A DNA stretch of 64,000 nt from Nemertoderma westbladi (lineage: Eukaryota > Animalia > Xenacoelomorpha), in contig JAUCBJ010009060.1 in the NCBI GenBank assembly GCA_032718475.1, forward strand, positions 1-64,000, in the 5' to 3' direction. Below are positions 1-11,100 of the stretch, piece by piece; the first letter of the stretch is position 1; each line of letters opens with the position of its first letter. The notes under the pieces are model-generated. The model did no database searches. It was not told where the DNA came from and was given only the letters and a program-made list of their open reading frames with translations. Made by a program: the position numbers and the translations under genes.

Positions 1-477
1 AATGATGATGACGACATTGTAGAACCTTCCCCACCCCCCAAGCCTAAAGCTAAACCAGCCAATAAGGTTGCTTCTAAAAAAGAGACAAATTTAAAAGCTA
101 CTATCAGTAAACCGAAGCCCAGTAAGCAACCTAAACAAACAAAGAAGAAAGTAGATAAACCCGCCGATCCCAAACAGCCGTCCATTTTTTCTGCTTTCGA
201 TCGAATGATTTCGGACGGCGATGAACTTGAAGTTAATGTCGCAACTAAACAGAAACTTAAATCGAAAATTCCCGCTCCTAAATACGGCGGTGATTCTGAC
301 AGCGACGATTCTGATTTCCGGCCCCAATTGAAGAAACGCCGGAAGGATGATTCCGATTCGGATTTTATTCCGGGTGGTTCTCCGACTAAAGTTTCACCGA
401 TCGCGAAACCGAGCAATAAAAGGCAACGAGCGCAGCCTAAATACTACAAACTCGATTCGGATAGCGACGACTTTTGA
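1..477 (+). CDS. TOP2: 3' end (C-terminal domain) of a second DNA topoisomerase II gene; 5' part lies outside the window
   Basis: Frame +1 from base 1 reads NDDDDIVEPSPPPKPKAK...YYKLDSDSDDF*. It is the reverse complement of ~8104-8574, with about six substitutions counted by eye. Whether the whole gene is intact cannot be seen. Confidence 0.85.
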   Translation, partial: NDDDDIVEPSPPPKPKAKPANKVASKKETNLKATISKPKPSKQPKQTKKKVDKPADPKQPSIFSAFDRMISDGDELEVNVATKQKLKSKIPAPKYGGDSDSDDSDFRPQLKKRRKDDSDSDFIPGGSPTKVSPIAKPSNKRQRAQPKYYKLDSDSDDF

Positions 478-1799
478 ATCAACTGTGGCAGTTTACTTTT
501 AAGGCCAAACCAATATCAACCAAAAACGTCGTGATCATATATAACCTTCTGCATTTCGTTAGGATTTCAATTCAACTTAATTATATCGTATTAAATACAT
601 TATTACTGTATATCTTATTAATTTTTTTTTTAGGGTCAAGTGTCATTTAATATATTATTCGAAATATTATTTAATCGAAATATACATAATTATAAAAAAG
701 TCAGCTATGTCATATCAAAGTTATACAAAACATTAATTTATATAAGCCTAAATATCTATAATACTTACATGTATTTTATTCACAAAAATTCAAAGTAAAA
801 GATTGTAGTTCTTAATCTTAAGATTAATTTAAAACTTACACAGCATTTGGGTAAAATATTAATATGATATAATAAAAAAATAATAAAATAAATAAATAAA
901 TATCAGTAGGCTAAAGGTAAGTGGAGTCACGCAGACCCGCCCCATCGCCATCGCCAACGCCATATCTTTTCAATACATTACATTATTACTGTTTATTGTT
1001 AATTTTCACATATTGCTACGGAAACTAGGTAAAATTATAATCGTATAATTTTAAAAAAATGTTCTATAAATGTTGTTTTTTCCTAAAATTATACTCTTTT
1101 CTTAGAAATTGCTCTGATAAGGGATTCTAGAAAAATATATGTTGCAGTATATTCATATAATTTTATGTATTATCCTATGGTACAGCAATATACCAAACTT
1201 GCTACGGTTTCTTTCTATAATGTACTGTAGCTATATATTTCACATTAAGCAAAATGACCATCTCAATAAGATTGACAGATTGGCACTTTAAATTCTACTC
1301 CAGTATTCGTAAGAATGATAACTCTTTATTACAAACTGACCTCACCAAAAGCCATGCGAGCATCATTAAATTAGATAGAAACGGCATAAAAAACTGAAGA
1401 TCGTTTCGCTGTTTACCATCTTATTAATTTAATTTTACTGGGGGGGGGGGGGGGGGGGGTACTAGTGTAACTAAACTAACCCGTGTCACCATAATTCTGC
1501 CGTTGTATAGCTGTTTTGGCTATTGATTTATGTTCTGGAACATATTTCCGACTCGTTACATGTTTAATTTTTGTGGTAGCTTGTGTTTTCAATGGTAGTT
1601 AGTTAATCTATTCATAAAAATGGTACAGCAGCTCTAGTGTTTATAAAAATACCAACAAATCGTATTATTATTACGAATATCCATAGTAAATTTGGTTTAT
1701 CTTTATTTATTTATCAGTGAAAAGAGAGAGCCTAGTATTGAAGAAAGTAAAATAACGTTATTTCTGCAACAATTAATTAAATAAGATAATTAAAAAATA

Positions 1800-2118
1800 C
1801 AGTAGTTGCACAGACTCGGTCGTCCTTACCTTATGTTAGAGGCAATGAGTGCGGAAATGAAAAAAAAAACAAGGAGACCTCCTTGTAACAAGTGCGAAAA
1901 ATAGAAAAGAAGGTCACACAACTCATTTCCAGTATAGACCCCACAGAACTATACTCCTTACAGGCAGCAAAGAGATAACTGGTACTCATTTAACGACAAT
2001 TTAATTAATAAAGCAAATATGCGAGCGCCCTGGTTTGGTTAGTCCCTTTAATGCATTTGTGCCAAAACGAAAACTATCCTGGCCCCCCTGCAGGGGAACA
2101 AACCCACGACCTCTGGAG
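1800..2118 (-). mobile_element. tRNA-derived SINE relic
   Basis: Minus strand reads AGAGGTCGTGGGTTTGTTCCCC (tRNA T-arm/box B-like), followed downstream by AAATGAGTACCAG, a motif typical of SINE central domains. Boundaries approximate. Confidence 0.45.
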
Positions 2119-2311
2119 CGATATTAATTCAAGGAAATGGATTTAAATGCTACGCAAGGCTTGAAAAAATTGAATACACGTATTGTATTAGAAACGATCC
2201 TTAAAAATACAAAGTACAGTATGCTGCCATGTTGTTCGTTCAATAGTGATTATTCAGTTTTATTAGCTTGTTATTATTTCCGTATATTAACTCTAGAACA
2301 TTGCCATATTG

Positions 2312-2375
2312 TATGTTTATAATTAATTCTCGCTTTTTGTTTATAAACAAAAAGCGAGAATTAATTATAAACATA
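2312..2375. repeat. Perfect 64-bp palindrome with no spacer
   Basis: TATGTTTATAATTAATTCTCGCTTTTTGTTTA|TAAACAAAAAGCGAGAATTAATTATAAACATA; the halves are exact reverse complements. Confidence 0.95.
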
Positions 2376-2875
2376 TTGCAATATTGCAATACATTGCCAG
2401 GGTAACAAACCAGTATTATATTCGTATAATCCTGATTTTTCGAGGTAATATACTCCAAACATGAATTTATTCGAAATTGTGAAATATTATGAGATTATAC
2501 TAGCTAGTAATTATTGATTATACTTAAACACTATATATTTAAAGCATTGCTACGCAAGGTGGAACTGCGATGGAAGTAGCTAAACTTTTTAAAAAAATTT
2601 TATACTAGCTTGTTTTTTTATTTTTAGAAATGTTATAGAACACTTGTTAGCTATCAATTTTGATAAATATTTTTGTTCTAGAACACATTTTTTTTGTTCT
2701 AAAACATTTTCTGAAAAAAAATAGTATGCCTACAGGAATTCTACATACATACAACCCTTATTAAATATAAATCGTCATTTTGACTGATTAGTATACCTCT
2801 AAGAACTGCAGTATTTTGAATCTAGAACTTATACTGTAACACACAAACCCTATTGTTTAGCCAATCAGATGTGAG

Positions 2876-2980
2876 AATAAGCGAGAATACATGATAAACG
2901 GATATAATACCTGAAGCAAATTAATCTGTATAACTACTGGGGCCGAAGTAGTTATACATGATTTATTTGCTGAAGGTTTA
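2876..2980. repeat. Palindromic dispersed repeat, copy 1 (non-autonomous element; possibly Crypton-like)
   Basis: AGCAAAT..GTATAACTACT-GGGGCCG-AAGTAGTTATAC..ATTTGCT hairpin; related copy at ~4097-4240. Confidence 0.55.
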
Positions 2981-2998
2981 TTTGCTGGGTGATATTCT

Positions 2999-3158
2999 CT
3001 GTATATCACCCAGCTAAAGCCAAAATACCCAATGTAACTATATTAACACTCCTAATACAAAATTCTAGAACTTAAATAACTGTATATCACCCAGCTAAAG
3101 CCAAAATACCCAATGTAACTACTATATTAAAACTCCTAATACAAAATTCTAGAACTTA
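2999..3158. repeat. Direct tandem duplication, ~80-bp unit x2
   Basis: CTGTATATCACCCAGCTAAAGCCAAAATACCCAATGTAACTA...TTCTAGAACTTA occurs at ~2999 and ~3080. Confidence 0.9.
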
Positions 3159-4096
3159 CACATTTATTGTTGTGTTTTAGACGTTATTTTTTGCACATTC
3201 TTGCCAATGTTGAAAGAATTTATATCCATTCCCAACTTATTTAAATCACTTTGTAGCTAATAGGAATATAACTGTTGTCAACCAGGAGCTAATATTGAAG
3301 TCCGCACTATAATGTAGTAGTATAGCCTGTGTGACCGTTTTTTTAAATTTAAAATTTTTTAAATTTTTTTCGGTTAGAGTTCCGTATAGCACTACATTTA
3401 TAAATCATATATCATTGATAAAATGGAAAAATTTAGGAGTTGCAGAACAATATAAAAGTATTATATACTATTCTAGAACATAAATAAAATAAAAAATTTA
3501 ATGTTCTAGAACATATACTGTATGTAGCTAGTTTTATTTATTTTAACATAGCTAGTAAATTAAAATGATATATTTTTAAGTAAATTTCTTAATACTTTTA
3601 AATGAATATTGATTAGAGTTTTTATGGGTTTATTCTTTTTTTCTTTTTATGTTTTGAGTTTTTTTATTAGAATTTTTGTTTTGAGATTTATCACAAAAAA
3701 TGCTCACACACTGGCTGTACGACAGTACAGTATTATTACTGCAGTGCCTAAATTCGTCATAAGATGAGTTTCAGCAAACCCAATAATAGAAAGAGATTTG
3801 CAGATGCTTCCGGTCACAGACAGCAACACTTGCTAAACATCAAAGACAGTCAAAACACGAAAAGAGCAACAATTCCCATCAATTATAATTACTAGTTATC
3901 TAGGTCTACAAGTAACAATTCCTTGTTCTGACTTAATATTAAATGAAATTAAACCCTTCTATCAACAATATTGTTTAATGTTCGGACAACTGGGGAGGGA
4001 GGGGGGTTGGGGGATTGCAATGGTGTGTTTGTTTCAGATGGGACTGCGTTATCCAAAACGTGAAAGATACAAAAGTAGATCACACAATTTATCAGT

Positions 4097-4240
4097 GCAA
4101 TAAGCTCGAATATACATGATAAACAGATTATCGCCTGTCCCAGAAGGTGATATACGGTTATAAAACCTTCAGCAAATAAATCGTATAACTACTGAGGCCG
4201 CAGGCCGAAGTAGTTATATACATGATTTATTTGCTGAAGT
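4097..4240. repeat. Palindromic dispersed repeat, copy 2
   Basis: CTTCAGCAAATAAATC GTATAACTACT GAGGCCGCAGGCCG AAGTAGTTATA..GATTTATTTGCTGAAG; homologous to 2876-2980. Confidence 0.55.
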
Positions 4241-4687
4241 AATAAGTGTGTTATTCCCCATTACCTTCACCCATCTAAGGGTAATTTATTGATAAGGCTT
4301 CAAACATTTCTAAAAGGGTTTTGTTTGGGGGGAGTTGATTAAAAATGGGGCATGGTATTTTTGGGGGGAAATAACTATGCATATAATTGTATCACTTTTT
4401 TTTCCTATATTGATACGATTTAATTCAACGAATATGACTTATGGTAGACATTATTTCAGTAATCTTATTTTATGTCTATTATTTCAGTCATTTTTAATAC
4501 TTTCATGTGGTACTTTCATCTGCAGTAGAGCAATAAATTTATTAATAATTATGTATTTATATAGTAGATAACAGCGTATATTTTAGAGCTCTATTTCCCT
4601 TTATTTATTTCCCAGCTACAAATAAGGGGATTTTCGACGCAATAAAAAGCGGGTGTACAGTATGTAACCGGGCGCAATTTTCTCCAC

Positions 4688-5400
4688 AGGTTTCGTGAAC
4701 ATATCACTCTTCATCCTGGGAAAGTCCAATTTGCTGCAGGCTACCTTGTTGGATCATCTGGAATACGCGCTAACCCCGCTAAGACCCGGGCAATATCCTC
4801 ATTCCCACGTTCAACAAATATAATCGAACTTATATCATTTGTGGGTCTGGTTGAGCAATTGGCTCCTTTATCACAGGATATAGCATCAACACTATCACCT
4901 CTTCATCCACTTCTCAGCTCAAACAACCATTTCCTATGGATTGCTGATTATGATCGGGCATTTGAATCCACAAAATCAGCACTCATCGCACCCCCAGTCC
5001 TTGCACCATTCGACCCAACAAAGGAGACCGTTTTACAAACAGATGCCTCTCGGAAAAATAGACTAGGCTTTGCCCTCCTCCAGAAACATGACTCTATATG
5101 GCGACTTATCGAATGCGGGCCCCGCTTCATTACACCAACGGAATCGCGCTATGCAATGGTCGAAATGGAACTTTTAGCTGTGGTTTGGGCTGTCCAAAAA
5201 TGTCGTTTTTACCTCCTGGGGCTCCCTACATTCACTATTATTGTCGACCACCAGACCTTAGTCACAATCATAGATACATATACTCTCGATGCAGTAGAGA
5301 ATGCGCGCCTCCAGCGGCTCAAATCAAAACTTCCCCTTATGTGTTTAACACAATCTGGAAAAAAGGTAAGGATCATCGAATTCCCGATCTATGTCTACTA
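4688..5400 (+). pseudogene. Ty3/Gypsy pol relic (end of RT, connection and RNase H)
   Basis: Motifs PPVLAPFDP, LQTDAS, GFALLQ, ESRYAMVEMELLAVVWAVQKCRFYLLG, VDHQTL, NARLQRL. Upstream RT-thumb-like ANPAKTRAISSFP is in another frame; frameshift near 5330; no LTRs visible. Confidence 0.85.
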
Positions 5401-5429
5401 TAATAATACACTGGAATTATCAATCACCA

Positions 5430-5520
5430 AACCCCCGGCTCCGGTCGGAGCTCATATTATAACCCGGAGGAACCTCCGGGCTCCAGCTCCGGATGAAATT
5501 TTAGCTCTGTCGCATCCCTA
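5430..5520. mobile_element. Terminal fragment of a hAT-like MITE
   Basis: CTCCGG/CCGG subterminal repeats ending in GCATCCCTA (reverse complement TAGGGATGC, a hAT-type terminus). Other end not found. Confidence 0.35.
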
Positions 5521-6637
5521 GTCTGTAGTATTATTTTATTAGGTTAAATATGTTTTATTGAAGTAAGCTAGCAAGAAAGAGTATAAATTTATTATGTTCC
5601 GATATATTGAGCTAATACGATAAGAATATAAATAATGTTTGCTCTGTCCTATGAAATACTTAAAATAAACACAACGCGTATACGAATAAAATAATAACGA
5701 CATGTTAAATGTATTAAGTAACCCGTAAATAATTTCAATAAACCTAGATTGTGTAGTTTATTCGCTCAATATATATATATCTTGTCTTTATATAATGGGA
5801 GAAATGAAAGTTTCTGTCACAATCCATTCCATATTGCACTCTTATATAGAATACAAAATAAATAAAAGCAAAACCAAATAATAATGTAAAACAGGCTACT
5901 TTCAAAACTGATAATAAATATGTATTAGATAAATAAAAATAGTAGTATATTTTATATACTCTGAAATTAAAATATAATAAACTGTATTATCCTACACTTG
6001 AAGTTTTATTATTCAAACTTACTTATTGTAAACAGTTAAGACCAAAAAATAAAATCATACAGTATTACATTACAAAACAGCATTTCCATCAAATAAAATA
6101 AACCAGGTTCGGAACCTAAATAAATGACGCATGTGCTTTTTGTTAATTCCAGGCAGTCTTTGATTAAATAAAATTAAATCCAATTTAAATTAAATTGAAC
6201 GACCTCCATTAAGTTGTTGTTTGTGGGTGGTTTTATAAACGCGGGTAAATATAAACTGATGTACGTAAATGGACTGCACTGCATAAATAATTCAATATTT
6301 CCACATATAAATGGGGGTGATAGAGAAAACCTAAATAATTAATACCCTACGAATGATTAATTAACAAATAGTAAATAATAATAATATTGCAATACGAACA
6401 AAATATGACTATTATACACATCTCTGTAAATATGATTGAAATATACAATGGAAAGATGAACGTGGAATCCTATCTCTCAATAAAAAAAACGAATACCAGT
6501 GGTAATAAATAGGCAAATGGAGATAAAAAGCTAATACATAATAATTAACTCTATTATCCGGGCGCTATTAGAGGTTTTTTAGATTTTCCATAAATATTAA
6601 ATTGTATTTACATGTACGAACGTGTAATGAAGTATAC

Positions 6638-6904
6638 GGCCATGTGAAGAATACCAGACTTTCTGCCGTTATATTTCACTTTGCAGTTACCCCCATGTGA
6701 AGAATACCAGGTATTCACCAAAAACACAGGTTACAGAAGGGCTGAATCTAACCAAAACAATAAACGAATTAGTATATGTACAGGTTATAAGACAGAAACA
6801 AGCGCTATGAAACACTTAATGAAAGATAAATTAAAAAAAATTAAAAATCTTCATATATAAAATTCCAATAAAAAGTCGACCGAAAAGTGAAATCCTGGTA
6901 TTCT
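6638..6904 (+). repeat. Uninterrupted copy of dispersed repeat X (CATGTGAAGAATACC motifs)
   Basis: Nearly identical to 14650-14830 plus 26615-26698, so it shows the pre-insertion state of that locus. Confidence 0.85.
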
Positions 6905-8103
6905 GTATACGGTAGTATAGGGTAGCGGAAATGCAGGCCATTGTTTAATAAACAATAATTTATAATTTATTAAAACACAAAATCATTAATTATGCAGTTT
7001 TTCAAAGTAATGAAATGGCGTACTTTATCGAGATAGGAGTTTGTGTGATTCACTGGTAAATACTCACATACAACCACGGCTCAATAGTCAATAATAATCA
7101 AAAAAATAACAAAATACAACTCATATAGTTCATTATGTTAACGTTTTCGTGAACTCCATTAAGTAATGGCTAAATAGGAAATAATTATTAATTAGTTTTA
7201 AATATTTTTCCATGTAATGTAATGTGTTTATTCTTAAATTTGTACCTTTTTGTTGCTCAATTCTTTAATAAAAGATAGAGCGCTATACTGTAGCGTTACA
7301 ACATAAATTTAACTGTAGTATTTTACTATATTGCTTCCATAGTTACTGCTATTCAAATTATTGTGTATTCCATTAACATCTTCAACTCTCGATCTTGCCT
7401 TACTCAAAGTTAAATAATTTAGTGTTCTCGAATAATTATTACGTAACTAGAGAGCCGCTTAACTACATAAACCAATATTGGATATTGAGTCCGTTTTGGA
7501 GTTCGCCTTGCAGACACTAAATTTACAATAACGTTTTGAGTGAGTGAATGGATTTCAACACTTTCAACATAATGTAATACAATTTAAGAAATTCCAATAA
7601 AAATATTTTATTTTACTTTTATCGCCGGCAAAAAAGTAAAACCAATGCTATCAGGGGGTTACTTTTTTTGTTACCTACAACTTTTTCTTCAGATTTTTGG
7701 CTATATTCGAGCGAAAAGGAAAAGTAACAATTTAAGTATAAAATATACTGAAAGCAGAAAAATCTAATTATAAATAATCAGTATGATAACATTCCAAGCT
7801 AAACGAACAAATCAATGATTTTATGGAGTTACGAAAGATAGACTTTATATTTCAAAGTTATCGCATGGGGCGGGGCGCATTTGCAATCGCACATTTACGA
7901 ACGGGCTTGGGGCAATGGACAATGACATAACAATTCATAACCTACCATTCTGTATTATGACTCTTTAACGTAACAAAATGTCAGTTTAAAGTTAAAATAT
8001 AACCAATCGAAAACCACAAAAAATATTGATGGCTTAAAATATGTAAGAGACAGTCAAAGAAATCACAGAGTATTTATGAATCGTCGAATAAATCAAAAGT
8101 AAG

Positions 8104-11100
8104 TTAATCGCTATCCGAATCGAGTTCGTAGTATTTAGGCTGCGCTCGTTGTCTTTTATTGCTCGGTTTCGCGATCGGTGAAACTTTAGTCGGAGAACCA
8201 CCCGGAATAAAATCCGAATCGGAATCATCCTTCCGGCGTTTTTTTAATTGGGGCCGGAAATCAGAATCGTCGCTGTCAGAATCACCGCCGTATTTAGGAG
8301 CGGGAACTTTCGATTTATGTTTCTGTTTAGTTGCGACATTAACTTCAAGTTCATCGCCGTCCGAAATCATTCGATCGAAAGCAGAAAAAATGGACGGCTG
8401 TTTGGGATCGGCGGGTTTATCTACTTTCTTCTTTGTTTGTTTAGGTTGCTTACTGGGCTTCGGTTTACTGATAGTAGCTTTTAAATTTGTCTCTTTTTTA
8501 GAAGCAACCTTATTGGCTGGTTTAGCTTTAGGCTTGGGGGGTGGGGAAGGTTCTACAATGTCGTCATCATCATTAACAATATCATTAATTCCATTAAAAT
8601 CTTCAGCACCATGAACGTTTCGACTAGATGAAACTCCTGGCTGGTTATCAAGAGATGAAGGTCGGCTATCCTTTACAACATTTACATCGTAGTCTTCATC
8701 GCTGTCGTCATCAATTACGTAATTGCGATTATTCTTGGTTGAAGAATAGTCGTCATCCTCTTCGTCTTCACTAAAGTTGTACTTAACAGCAGCCGCAGCC
8801 CTACGCTGGTTACCACGCTCTCTAGGAGGGATAGGTTCAGCTGCGGCTTCATCCACAAAACTAACATCATCGCTCTCGTCTTTAACTTTTTTAAAGAAAG
8901 TAAGTTTACTTTGAGTTGAATTCTTCGGAACATCTCCTTTACCATTTAACTCAATTCCCTTTGCCAACAGGCGTTCTTTGAGGGATGGTGTGGGCGGGTC
9001 CTTCTTAACCCCTTTCTCTACCTTCACAACTTCCTTTTTCTTCTTAGGAACTTTAGGACCAGCTTCTGCGGTTTTTGGAATCTCAAACTTTGGTTCCACA
9101 AAGCGACCCAATTTATCTGGCTTAGTATTCTCAAGAGCTCGCTTCGCTTTACTTGATTTCAATATATTAGAGCTCTTAGCGACTTTACTTGGCGAAGCCT
9201 CCTCGCGCTCTTTTGCTTCTAGTTTTTCCAACTCAGCCATAAACCCATCGAGATCTTCCGTCCACAGATCTTTCAATGTCTTCCCTTTTAGCGTCTTTAG
9301 TTCCATTAGTTTATTGTCCTTCTGTTTGAGCAATTCTTCCTTTCTTTCTCGGGTCAAACTCCACAACTTCATCCCCAATAGGTAATCATAATCCGCCCCA
9401 GTTGTTTTATCGTCCTCCTCATTTTCGATGTTATCTTCTTCATCATCATCATTATCACCAGCAGACACTTTATCTTTCCAAACCTTTACAGGGTCCGATG
9501 GATAACCTCGAGTTATCAACTTTTTCAATATATCAACTTTTTTCAAATCTTCCACCCGAATCTCCCCTGTTATTTTCTCCAAGACGAACTTTGCCTGAGC
9601 AGACAGTTTATTGGCCTCAGCTTCTAGAAACCCTTCACGATATTCTTTTCTCTTGCGGTAAAAATCAAAACGAACATGGTAAAACTCCTTTAAGATATCG
9701 ATAGTTGAAGAATATCGATTAATGATTCCGTTATGGTCATAGAGAACCATCGAGTTGTGACTAAACGTTGTAGTTAGTTTAAAGTATTTGTATAACTGTC
9801 CGGATTCTTCTAGCTCTTGTAGTTGGTTGGATTTAATCATATTGATGAGGAAGCGAACCGTTGTATCCGTATGATACTCTTTATACTCAGAAACTGTTGC
9901 AGGCACCTTCTCAGTACCGTTATAAAGCGGTTCCAAATTATTCTCTTTGTATGATTGTGTCCAGGAGCGTAGAGGAAGTTCAGATATCTCTAATGTGTTT
10001 GACTCATCTAGGATGGACGCTTTACCATGAACCACAAATCGATTGGGTTGGAACTCCTCTATGACACCCTGGAAGTTGCGGTAACTTGGCATCATTGGTT
10101 GGGGTTCCTCATCGTTCAACATCCGACGGATATTATCAACCACGTCTCTAACATCATGGTTGAGGATCTTCGTCGACCAACCTGTACCGATTCCATCGCT
10201 TCCATTCACTAAAACCAAGGGGATTATCGGGCAATACCAAATGGGTTCTATCTTTAAGTTATCGTCCTTCAAGTAGGCCAACAAGGGGTCGTCTTTCAAA
10301 GAGAATAAATGACGAGCCAACGGACTCAGTTGGGTGAAGATGTAACGAGGCGAAGCAGCGTCTTTACCTCCTTGAAGACGAGTACCAAATTGACCATGGG
10401 GCTGCAGGAGGTTGATATTATTGGAACCGATAAAGTCCTGAGCAAGAGAAATAATCGTTGACATGAGACTCATTTCGCCATGGTGATAGGCGGATAACTC
10501 AGCTACACTACCAGCCAATTGAGCTACTTTGATTTCTTTCTTATCAAGACCGCGCTTTAAACATGCGAATATAACTTTGCGTTGCCCCGGCTTCAATCCA
10601 TCCATAACGTTTGGGATCGATCTTTCGCAATCCGCATTCGAGAAAAGTATTAATTCCTTGTCAATAAACTCCTTGTAACTAACACTACGTGTGTTAGCGT
10701 GGTAGAGGTAAATATCTGGTAGACCTTGGAGTCGACGTTCATTGCGTTCAGTATGGAAGTCTGTGAGCCAACCTTTACGATCATCAGCTCGCTCCTTGGC
10801 GAACGCTAATCGGATCGCTTCATCGTCCTCATCTCCATGGTAAACAAAACTTACACGATGGCGAGCCATATCGGTAAAATATTCTTTGGCTTCTTTCATC
10901 GTCGATGTACCCAAACCTTTGTAATATTTAACTTTATAAGACGAAGCATTTGGGGTCGCCTCTCTCCATTCATCAAACTCTGGGATACTGTACAATGATT
11001 TTACTTCACTGCCTTTAGATACTTTCACTATCGGTGTAATAAACTGTTGGATAAACTTAGAACGAACTAATTCCGGCCAATGATAATGAATGAAATTAAT

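Noticed and set aside
4841-5521. 226-aa ORF as a functional gene
   Set aside because: GTG start inside a Gypsy pol relic; the C-terminus is frameshifted read-through into unrelated MITE sequence.
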